Assembly: GCA_963733035.1 (NCBI GenBank)
Contig: CAVTBU010000004.1
Coordinates: forward strand, 320,001 to 384,000
From: Pirellulales bacterium
GTDB taxonomy: Bacteria; Planctomycetota; Planctomycetia; Pirellulales; PALSA-1355
Reading direction: 5' to 3'
DNA: 64,000 bases
Below, piece after piece: positions 40,380 through 49,643 of the stretch (positions within the stretch are counted from its first letter, which is position 1; every line of letters starts with the position of its first letter). The notes under the pieces were generated by a model. That model ran no database searches. It was not told where the DNA came from and saw only the letters and a program-made list of their open reading frames with translations. A program made the translations under genes and the position numbers.

Positions 40380-41960
40380 ATGATTCAAAAGGTAAAACCA
40401 CTGGCCTGGTTCTTGGCCGTAATGCTCGCGCTGCCAGTCGCATCGGTTGAGGCCCGCGGCGGCCGTGGCGGTGGCGGATTTCACGGCGGTGGCGGCGCGC
40501 GCGGTGGCGGCGGAATGCACGCGGCCAGCCGCCCGGCGGCGAACCGTTCGCCTTCGTTGAGCCGCCCTCAACAGGTCTCGCGACCGTCGGGAGCAGGGCT
40601 GAGCCGCCCGGCGATTGGCGGCGGAAATGCACCCGGAGTTTCGACCCGCCCGTCGCTGCCGAATCGCCCTTCCATATCTTCGCGCCCGAATACCCCCGGT
40701 CGCCCGGGCCAACCGGATCTTCCAGGCGCAGGTAACCGACCAAACATCGCGCAGCGTCCCAACCTTCCCGAAGGAAATCGACCCGGTTTCGACGGCAACC
40801 GGCCTGGCGTCGGAAACCGACCAGGGCGTCCCGGCGATGGCGGCAATCTGGCGGGACGTCCCGGCAATCGACCGGGCAACAACCATTGGGACAACCACCA
40901 CATCAACCACGACTACTGGCAGCATGGCCGCTGGCACGACAACTGGAACTACGGTTGGTACAACCGGCCATCGGCCTGGTGGTGGGGAGGATTTGCAACC
41001 GGCGCAATCGCCGCTTCCATTCCCTGGTCGTGGGGCTATTGGTCTTACACCAATCCCTATGCCGCACAACCGATCGTGGTCAACAACGTGGCGTACGACT
41101 ATTCTCAGCCCTTGGCCGCAAGCGATACGTACGCCGACGACGCAGTTCCCGCCGGCCAGCCGACGCCAGCCGAACTCGCCGCCAATTTGTTCGACACTGC
41201 CCGTCAAGCGTTCTACCAGGGCGACTACGAGACTGCGCTGGCGAAGGTCAACGAAGCAATCGCGCAAGCGCCCGACGATGCTACGCTGCACGAATTCCGC
41301 GCTCTCTGCTGGTTCGCGACTGGCAACTACAAGGAGTCCGCGGCGGCGCTTTATGCTGTCCTGTCGGCCGGCCCTGGTTGGGACTGGACAACATTGAGCG
41401 GCCTCTATCCAAGCACGGATGTGTACACGAAACAATTGAGAGCTTTGGAGTCGTACGTCGAAGCACATCCACAGGAGCCGCAGGCACATTTCGTGCTTGC
41501 TTATCACTACCTGACGTGCGGCCAGACCGACGCGGCCAAGGGTCAGTTGCAAGACGTTGTTCGACTAAACCCGCAGGACACGCTGTCCGCCCAGCTGCTG
41601 GCCAGCCTCGTTCCACCGGCCGAGCAACCTGCCCCTGCCGCGACTCCGCCGGCACCCGCAGCCCCCGCCGCACCCATCACGGCGGCAACTCTGGCCGGCA
41701 ATTGGAAGGCGTCGCAACCCGATGGCACGACAATCGCACTGCGGCTAGGAAAGGATTCTCAATACGTTTGGAGCGTTTCCAGGAACAAGCAGCAACAAGA
41801 ATTCAGCGGCAAATATACGGTCGCGGACAATCTGCTGGTACTCAACCAGGACGGCAATCCGGCAATGGTGGGCCAGGTGGCGGACGCGACGCCCCGCGGT
41901 TTCAATTTCCGCCTACCCGGCGCGGCTCCGAGCGATCCTGGCTTGAGCTTCACGAAATAG
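40380..41960 (+). CDS. Exported TPR protein with long G/R/P/N low-complexity and W/H/Y-rich N-terminal region
   Basis: Signal peptide, RGGRGGGGFHGG, NRP repeats, TPRs (ARQAFYQGDY..AL, HEFRAL, AHFVLAYHY), Ala/Pro linker and C-terminal beta domain. Confidence 0.85.
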   Translation: MIQKVKPLAWFLAVMLALPVASVEARGGRGGGGFHGGGGARGGGGMHAASRPAANRSPSLSRPQQVSRPSGAGLSRPAIGGGNAPGVSTRPSLPNRPSISSRPNTPGRPGQPDLPGAGNRPNIAQRPNLPEGNRPGFDGNRPGVGNRPGRPGDGGNLAGRPGNRPGNNHWDNHHINHDYWQHGRWHDNWNYGWYNRPSAWWWGGFATGAIAASIPWSWGYWSYTNPYAAQPIVVNNVAYDYSQPLAASDTYADDAVPAGQPTPAELAANLFDTARQAFYQGDYETALAKVNEAIAQAPDDATLHEFRALCWFATGNYKESAAALYAVLSAGPGWDWTTLSGLYPSTDVYTKQLRALESYVEAHPQEPQAHFVLAYHYLTCGQTDAAKGQLQDVVRLNPQDTLSAQLLASLVPPAEQPAPAATPPAPAAPAAPITAATLAGNWKASQPDGTTIALRLGKDSQYVWSVSRNKQQQEFSGKYTVADNLLVLNQDGNPAMVGQVADATPRGFNFRLPGAAPSDPGLSFTK

Positions 41961-42119
41961 TCTGCCCCGGCCGGTGCAGCAACGGTGGCAAGCGGCGTAC
42001 CTCGACGAACGTCGGCTTGAGGAACCAACCGTCACGTGGGGTTGGCCGCGACGTGTCGAGCCCGTTAGAATTCCAGCCAAGGATTACTGGAACGCTTGAT
42101 ACAACGATCACAGGAAACG

Positions 42120-44018
42120 ATGCCTGTACCTACCAAGTCTCCTCGTCCTCAGCGCCGCCTGCCTGTCGGCGCGGAGGTCCAGCCCGATGGCGGTGTCCAT
42201 TTTCGTGTTTGGGCCCCCAAGCGCCGGCACGTTTCGATTGAGTCACAAGTCTCCGCCGGCACGCAGACGGTTTTGCAAGTTCCGCTTGATGACGAGGGGA
42301 ACGGTTATTTTTCCGGATTCTCACCCGATGTCGGGCCGGGAGACCGATACGGTTTTCGCCTGGACGACGAGCGGCCGTTGTTTCCTGATCCGGCTTCCCG
42401 CCGTCAGCCCGATGGACCGCATGGACTGTCGGAAATCGTCGACCCCGCGCTGTTTCAGTGGAGCGACGCCGCCTGGCTCGGCAAGCCGCTCAAGGGTCAG
42501 GTCATTTATGAATTACACATCGGCACCTTCACGCCAGAGGGTACTTGGGCCGCGGCGATCGGCCAGCTACCGGCGCTCGCGGACCTGGGCATCACGATGG
42601 TCGAGGTAATGCCGATCGCTGAATTCGCCGGAGAGTTTGGCTGGGGATACGACGGCGTGAATCTATTTGCACCAACGCGACTGTACGGCACGCCGGATGA
42701 TTTCCGCCGCTTCGTCGACGCAGCCCATCAGCACGGACTCGGCGTCATGCTGGACGTGGTCTACAATCACTTTGGTCCGGTTGGCAATTATTTGGGACAA
42801 TTCTCCGATGACTACCTGAACGCAGAACACCACACCGGCTGGGGCGAAGCGATCAACTTTGACGGAACAAATTCCGGACCCGTCCGAGAGTATTTTGTCG
42901 CGAACGCCGGCTTTTGGATCGACGAGTATCACGTCGACGGCCTGCGGCTCGACGCGGTGCATGCGATTGTTGACGAATCTCCCGAGCACATCCTGACCTC
43001 CATCGGCCGCGGTGTGCGAGAAAAGTCCGGCCATCGGCAAACGCTCGTGATCCTCGAGAACGAGCACGAGGAATCCTATGCCCTGCGTCCCATCGAGCGG
43101 GGTGGTTACGGCATGGACGGCGGCTGGAACGACGATTTTCATCATGTGGCCCGCGTCGCCGCCACCGGACACGCCGAGTATTACTTTGGCGACTATCACG
43201 GCACACCGCAGGAATTCATCTCCCTGGTCAAATGGGGCTATCTCTACCAGGGCCAATGGAATTCGCGGCAACAGCGGTTTCGCGGCTCGCCGGGGCTCGA
43301 CCTGGAAGCGAAGCAGTTTGTGATCTTCCTGCAGAATCACGACCAGGTTGGCAATTCACCTGGCAGTCGTCGCCAACATGAATTGACCTCGCCGGGCCGC
43401 CACCGGGCACTCACCGCGCTGTTGCTGTTGGCACCGGGCACTCCCCTGCTCTTCCAGGGGCAGGAGTTTTCGTCGTCGAGTCCGTTTTACTTTTTTGCCG
43501 ACCACGAGCCGGAGCTCAGCAAGCTGGTGCGCGAGGGACGACAGAAGGAAATGCAGAATTTCCGCCGCCAGATGGGTCACGACGTCTCCAAGAAGTTTGC
43601 CGATCCCGGCGATGTTGGCACGTTTGAGAAGTCGCGGCTCGACTTGTCCGAGCGGGAGCGAAACATCGCCGTGCTCGACTTACACCGCGACTTGCTTAGG
43701 TTGCGGCGCGAAGATAACGTCTTCGCGGCCCAACGAGCCGACCGAATTCATGGTGCGGTGATCTCAGTCGAGGCCTTTTCGCTCCGTTATTTTGGCGAGG
43801 ACGGCGACGATCGCTTGTTTTTAATGAATCTCGGCCGCGACTTGGATTGGTCGCCCGTCACCGAGCCACTGTTGGTGCCTCCCGCGGGTCGGCAATGGCA
43901 GTTGCTGTGGTCGAGCGAAGATCCTCGCTATGGTGGTCTTGGTACGCCCCCGTTGGAAAATGATCGCTGGTTCATTCCCGGCCACTCCGCGCTCGTGCTC
44001 ACGGCGCGGAAGGCGTAG
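42120..44018 (+). CDS. treZ: Malto-oligosyltrehalose trehalohydrolase (GH13)
   Basis: VHFRVWAP, PDPASRRQPDGPHGLS, YELHIGTFTPEGT, WGYDGV, GLRLDAVH, WNDDFHH, LQNHDQVGN, PLLFQGQE. Confidence 0.93.
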   Translation: MPVPTKSPRPQRRLPVGAEVQPDGGVHFRVWAPKRRHVSIESQVSAGTQTVLQVPLDDEGNGYFSGFSPDVGPGDRYGFRLDDERPLFPDPASRRQPDGPHGLSEIVDPALFQWSDAAWLGKPLKGQVIYELHIGTFTPEGTWAAAIGQLPALADLGITMVEVMPIAEFAGEFGWGYDGVNLFAPTRLYGTPDDFRRFVDAAHQHGLGVMLDVVYNHFGPVGNYLGQFSDDYLNAEHHTGWGEAINFDGTNSGPVREYFVANAGFWIDEYHVDGLRLDAVHAIVDESPEHILTSIGRGVREKSGHRQTLVILENEHEESYALRPIERGGYGMDGGWNDDFHHVARVAATGHAEYYFGDYHGTPQEFISLVKWGYLYQGQWNSRQQRFRGSPGLDLEAKQFVIFLQNHDQVGNSPGSRRQHELTSPGRHRALTALLLLAPGTPLLFQGQEFSSSSPFYFFADHEPELSKLVREGRQKEMQNFRRQMGHDVSKKFADPGDVGTFEKSRLDLSERERNIAVLDLHRDLLRLRREDNVFAAQRADRIHGAVISVEAFSLRYFGEDGDDRLFLMNLGRDLDWSPVTEPLLVPPAGRQWQLLWSSEDPRYGGLGTPPLENDRWFIPGHSALVLTARKA

Positions 44019-44048
44019 TCATCGCTCAGATTGTAAATTAGGTACGCC

Positions 44049-47000
44049 ATGGCCAAAAGAACCCGCGCCTCTCGTTCCACCGTCCAAGAGGCGACGCTGC
44101 CCGCCGATCCGCAATGGTACAAAGACGCGGTCATCTACCAGTTGCATGTCCGTTCGTTCTTCGACAGCGATGGGGACGGGATCGGCGATTTTCATGGTTT
44201 GGCGCAGAAGCTTGATTACCTTCAGGACCTGGGCGTAACGGCGATTTGGCTGCTGCCGTTCTATCCGTCGCCTCTCAAGGACGACGGTTACGACATTGCC
44301 AGCTACACGGAGGTCCATTCGTCGTACGGCACGATGCGGGACTTCAAGAACTTCATCCGAGAGGCCCATGCGCGCGGTCTGCGAGTGATTACTGAGTTGG
44401 TCATCAACCACACGTCCGACCAACATCCCTGGTTTCAGCGAGCCCGGCACGCGAAGCCCGGCAGCCCGGAACGCAATTTCTATGTTTGGAGCGACACGCC
44501 GGAGAAGTACCAGGACGCGCACATCATCTTTAAGGATTTCGAGGTTTCGAACTGGTCCTGGGACCCGCTGGCCAAGGCTTACTACTGGCATCGCTTCTAT
44601 TCGCACCAGCCGGACCTGAACTTCGAAAACCCACGCGTGCAAAAGGCCCTCTTCGAGGTGCTGGAGTATTGGCTCGACCTGGGAGTCGATGGCTTGCGGC
44701 TCGATGCCGTGCCGTATCTTTACGAACGCGAGGGCACGAACTGCGAGAACCTGCCCGAGACACACGCGTTTCTCAAGGCGCTGCGGCGCGCGTCGATAGG
44801 TCATTTTCCGACCGCATGCTGCTGGCCGAAGCAAACCAGTGGCCCGAAGACGCGATTGCCTATTTTGGCCAGGGCGACGAGTGCCACACGGCGTTTCACT
44901 TCCCGGTGATGCCACGGCTGTTCATGGCGATTCACATGGAAGACCGCTTCCCGGTGGTCGATATCCTGCAGCAGACCCCGGCCATTCCCGACGACTGCCA
45001 ATGGCTCATTTTCCTCCGCAATCATGATGAACTGACGCTGGAAATGGTCACCGACGACGAGCGCGACTACATGTATCGCGTCTATGCCCGCGATCAACAG
45101 GCCCGAATCAATCTGGGAATTCGCCGCCGGCTGGCGCCGCTGCTATCGAACAATCGCCGCAAGATTGAGCTGATGAACGGCCTGTTGTGTTCTCTGCCCG
45201 GCACCCCCGTGATCTATTACGGTGACGAAATCGGCATGGGCGACAATATTTACCTGGGCGACCGCCATGGCGTGCGGACGCCGATGCAGTGGAGCCCCGA
45301 CCGCAACGCCGGCTTTTCCGACGCCAACCCACAGCGGCTGTACTCTCCCGTCATCATCGACTCGGAATACTTGTTCGAGACGGTAAACGTCGAGACGCAG
45401 CAGCAAAACCCACATTCGCTTCTGTGGTGGATGAAACGGGTAATCGCGCTACGACAAAACTATATCGCGTTGCGGCGCGGAACAATCGACATCCTGGCGC
45501 CAGAGAATGGCAAGATTTTGGCATTCACGCGTGACTATGAAGATCAAAGCGTATTGATGGTTGCCAACCTGTCGCGATTCGTGCAATTCGTAGAGTTGGA
45601 TTTGTCTCGCTTCGCTGGCCGCCGCCCAATCGAAATGTTTGGCCAGACTCCGTTCCCCGCCGTCGGAAAGTCTCCCTATGTGTTGACCGTTGGCCCCCAT
45701 GCGTTTTACTGGTTTTCGCTGGAAAAGGAGCCGACCGAGGCCACGCTGACCGCCAAGCCGAGCGAAGCTCCCCGCCTGACGGTAACCCGCGGCTGGCAGG
45801 ATCTGCTGGTGGGGCGAACGAAACGTCACTTCGAATCAATCCTCCGACAGGAGCTTCCGCGCCAACGATGGTTCCGCAACCGCGGCCGCCAGCTCCAATC
45901 AACGCAGATCTACGACTCGATCGCGCTGGGCCGCTCGTCGGACCGCGGCGCACCGGGCCTATTCTTATTGCGGGCCGATTTCAACAACGGTGAACCCGAG
46001 GGCTACATCCTCAGTCTGGCGACGGCTTGGGGCCAGGAACAGATCGAGCACGTTCTGACGACGTCTTCACCCACGCTGGTTGTTCCGCTACAGCGTGAAC
46101 CGACCAAGGAAACAGGGATCCTCTACGATGCCACCGTCGATCGGGCGGCGGCCCGGGCATTGCTCGAATTGATGATCCATCGCCGCAAGTTCAAAGGCGC
46201 GAAGGGGGAACTGACCGGCTGGTCGACGCCGGAGCTGGACGACATCGTGGCCGCCTCGTTCGATATACAAACCGTGCCGTTGCGGCTCGAACCGCGCGAC
46301 GGCGCGATCGTGTTTGGCGACAAAATGTTGCTCAAATTGGCTCGACGCGCCGAGTCAGGAACTCATCCCGACTTGGAAATCGGCCGCTATTTGGCACACT
46401 GCAAATCGAACTGTCCACCGACACTGAAGGTCTTGGGGGCACTTGAATATCGTTCTGGCAACGAGAACACGACGGTCGGCGTACTGCAGGAATATGTCCC
46501 GAACACCACGCCGGCTTCAACGTACGTGCAGGATGCACTCGGTCGGTTTTTTGAACAAGTGATGGTGAGTCCGGCCGAACAGCGCCCGGCGGCACCCTTG
46601 GGATCTCTCTGGGATCTCGCCAGTGGTGAGGCCTCGCCCGAGGCACAGGAGCTGCTGGGAGGGATGCTGGAATGGGCAGCATTGCTGGGGCGTCGGACCG
46701 CGGAGCTGCATGTGTCATTGACCAGTCGTCGCAACACGGAATTTACGCCCGAACCGTTCACGCAGCTTTACCAGCGCTCGCTGTATCAGTCGGCGAGAAA
46801 AATGGCGCTAAGAGCGTTCCAGCACCTGCGCAGCGTGCGGGCGTCGCTTCCCGAAGATGTGCAGATGCTCGCCGACGCAGCCCTCAATCAAGAAGACCTC
46901 GTGCTGGCAAAGTTTCAGGGCATCATTGGGCAAAAGATCCTGGCGCATCGAATCCGTTGTCACGGCGATTTTCACTTGGGACACGTGCTCTACACGGGGA

Positions 47001-47413
47001 AGGACTTCCTGATCGTCGACTTCGACGGCGATCCGGGCGTGGCGCTTTCCACACGACGCGTGAAACGATGTCCCCTGTCGGACGTCGCGGCGATGATCCA
47101 TTCGCTGCAATGCGCGGCATCACTAACCGTGCTGCAGTTACCCAAGACGGGCGTGGTCACCCCGGAGGCGGCGGAGGGGTGGCACGAGGCCGGTCGATTC
47201 TGGAGCCAGTGGGTCAGTTCGGCGTTTTTGCGGGCGTACATCGCCAACCCCGGCGTGGCCGTGCTCGTCCCTTCGGCCGGCAATCCGCTCAGTCGACTGC
47301 TCGAGTTCCATCTACTACAGGAAGCCATGGAGCACCTGTTCAAGGAACTCGACAATGATAACCTCGAGCACATCGCGGTAGCACTGGTTCGGATTGCGGC
47401 CAGTGAACAATGA
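44049..47413 (+). CDS. treS: Trehalose synthase (maltose alpha-D-glucosyltransferase) fused to maltokinase-like domain, frameshift near 44789
   Basis: [75 protein letters not shown]-terminal LGRRTAELH and HGDFHLG..L mark the kinase-like domain. Confidence 0.93.
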
Positions 47414-47442
47414 CCCCTCTATTCGCCACACCTTCGGAATAA

Positions 47443-49620
47443 CTAGAGCAACGTCTCTTCCTCAATTGCCACCCGTGACCGCAGCACGACAACTGAGCAC
47501 GGCTGCAATGGATACGATTCGACGAGATTCACTTCGCCGTCGAGCTCCTCCTGGGCGGTATCGAAAATCAGTTCCCATGGTCCGTCCAATTCTTCCGGTC
47601 TAGGCAGGACAAACGGAATCGTGGTTTCATGGTCCGCGTTGAACAGCAACAAGATGTTGTCGCCGCGGATCCACTCGCCGTGGTCGTCGACGTCGATCTT
47701 GCCGCCGTAGAGCTGCACGCCGAGGCAGCGGACAAATCCCTTGTTCCAAGAGTCATCCGACATCTCGGCGCCAGTCGGATCGAGCCAGGCAATCTCCGGT
47801 GCCTCGGCGCCCTGGATGGCCTGTCCGTGAAAGAAGCGACGCCGATGAAACACTGGTTGTTCATGAAAGAAGTCGATTACTCGGCGCGTGAATTTGAGTA
47901 GCGACTCCTGCTCGGGTTTCAAATCCCAATCGAGCCAGGAAATTTCGTTATCCTGGCAATAGGCGTTGTTGTTACCGTGCTGAGTGTGCCCGATTTCATC
48001 GCCCGCAAGCAACATGGCAACTCCCTGCGACAGCAACAGCGTGGCGAGGAAGCTGCGCTTCTTCTTTTCGCGTAGGGCGAGGATATCCGGATCGTCCGTC
48101 GGCCCCTCGACGCCGCAGTTCCAGCTCATATTGTCGTCGGCACCGTCGCGATTGTCCTCGCCGTTGGCTTCGTTGTGCTTTTGGTCGTAGGAAACCAGGT
48201 CTTGCAGCGTAAAGCCATCGTGCGCCGTAACGAAATTGATGCTGGCGTGTGGTCGGCGGCTGCTCCACTCATACAGATCGCTCGACCCGCAAAAACGTGT
48301 GGCGAATTCCGACACGACCCCACCGTCTCCCTTCCAGAAACGCCGGATGCAGTCGCGGTATTTGCCGTTCCATTCCGACCACAAAGCCGGAAAGTTGCCG
48401 ACTTGATACCCTCCTGCTCCCAGGTCCCACGGTTCGGCGATGAGCTTGACCTGCGAGATAATTGGATCTTGATGGATGATATCGAAGAATGCACCCAGCT
48501 TGTCAACTTCGTGAAGTTCGCGGGCCAGCGTGCTGGCCAGATCGAAGCGGAACCCGTCGATGTGCATGTGCGTGATCCAATAGCGGAGGCTATCCATGAT
48601 CAATTGCAGCACGCGTGGGTTGCGCATATTGAACGTGTTTCCGCAGCCCGTAAAGTCCATGTAATAGCGCGAATCCTCGGGCGAAAGACGATAGTACGAC
48701 GCATTGTCGATGCCGCGAAACGAAAGCGTGGGCCCCAGGTGATTGCCCTCGGCAGTATGGTTGTAGACCACGTCGAGGATTACCTCGATGCCGGCCGAAT
48801 GCAGGTTGCGAACCATCGTCTTGAACTCGCGGACGACGTCGCCCGCCGCGGGCACCGAAGCATAGCGTCCGGCCGGCGCGAAGAAGCTCAACGTGTTGTA
48901 GCCCCAGTAGTTGACCAGACCGCGTTCGACCAGATGCCGATCATCAAGCGGTTCTTGTACGGGCAGCAGTTCGACGGCTGTGATGCCCAGATTCTTCAAG
49001 TAGCGTATGGCCGCGTCGGAACTGAGCCCCGCGTAAGTGCCGCGGAGCCCTTCCGGTACTTCTGGATGCAGCTTCGTGAAGCCCTTCACATGCAGCTCGT
49101 AGATGAGCATCTTGCTCCAGGGCACGCGCGGCGGACGGTCGTCGCCCCACGTGAAAGCCTCGTCAAGAACGGCGGCCAGCGGCGCAAAGCGGGCATTGTT
49201 TCTGCGGTCGAACGAGAGGTCCGCTTTGGCATCGCCGACCTTGTACCCCCACATTTCGTCGGCCCATTTCGTCTGCCGGGCGATCGCCTTGGCGTATGGG
49301 TCGAGCAACACCTTGTTCTTGTTGAAACGATGGCCCTCGGCGGGACTGTAAGGTCCGTCAACGCGATAGCCATAAACCTGACCGGGCAAGACATCCGGCA
49401 GATAGGCATGCCAGACCATGTCGGCTTGCTCGGTGATCGGAATTCGATGCGACTCTCGCTTGCTCTCCGTGGAATCAAATAGACAGAGCTCCACACCCGT
49501 GGCGTGCTCGGAGTAGATTGCGAAGTTCGTCCCGCTGCCGTCCCAGGAGGCACCCAGTGGATAGGGTCGGCCTGGCCAAACGCGAAACTTTCTGGGCGCT
49601 TTCTTGTTTTCCACAGCCAT
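47443..49620 (-). CDS. glgX: Glycogen debranching enzyme (isoamylase-type)
   Basis: PYPLGASWDG.GTNFA, NYWGYNT, DVVYNHTAEG, DGFRFDLA, IAEPWD, FVTAHDGFTL, NNNAYCQDN. Confidence 0.96.
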   Translation of the reverse strand: MAVENKKAPRKFRVWPGRPYPLGASWDGSGTNFAIYSEHATGVELCLFDSTESKRESHRIPITEQADMVWHAYLPDVLPGQVYGYRVDGPYSPAEGHRFNKNKVLLDPYAKAIARQTKWADEMWGYKVGDAKADLSFDRRNNARFAPLAAVLDEAFTWGDDRPPRVPWSKMLIYELHVKGFTKLHPEVPEGLRGTYAGLSSDAAIRYLKNLGITAVELLPVQEPLDDRHLVERGLVNYWGYNTLSFFAPAGRYASVPAAGDVVREFKTMVRNLHSAGIEVILDVVYNHTAEGNHLGPTLSFRGIDNASYYRLSPEDSRYYMDFTGCGNTFNMRNPRVLQLIMDSLRYWITHMHIDGFRFDLASTLARELHEVDKLGAFFDIIHQDPIISQVKLIAEPWDLGAGGYQVGNFPALWSEWNGKYRDCIRRFWKGDGGVVSEFATRFCGSSDLYEWSSRRPHASINFVTAHDGFTLQDLVSYDQKHNEANGEDNRDGADDNMSWNCGVEGPTDDPDILALREKKKRSFLATLLLSQGVAMLLAGDEIGHTQHGNNNAYCQDNEISWLDWDLKPEQESLLKFTRRVIDFFHEQPVFHRRRFFHGQAIQGAEAPEIAWLDPTGAEMSDDSWNKGFVRCLGVQLYGGKIDVDDHGEWIRGDNILLLFNADHETTIPFVLPRPEELDGPWELIFDTAQEELDGEVNLVESYPLQPCSVVVLRSRVAIEEETLL

Positions 49621-49643
49621 ATGCTAAAGCAGTTCCATTCGAT

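Noticed and set aside
40740..40885. AACCG(A/G)CC-type short repeats as a possible CRISPR or DNA tandem repeat
   Set aside because: The repeats are irregular, lie in frame and encode NRPG peptide repeats. There is no constant repeat-spacer period and no cas gene.
3197..47413. Calling TolC2, permease 1, MFP2, aldolase, SDR and treS pseudogenes
   Set aside because: Motifs are intact on both sides of each break, there are no in-frame stops, and the breaks cluster at GCGC. Sequencing error is more likely.
28839..49482. Long alternative-frame or antisense ORFs (e.g. 28839-29936, 29851-31137, 40194-41552, 40886-42241, 48175-49482)
   Set aside because: These are shadow ORFs typical of GC-rich coding DNA. 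They overlap well-supported genes and have no domain signatures.
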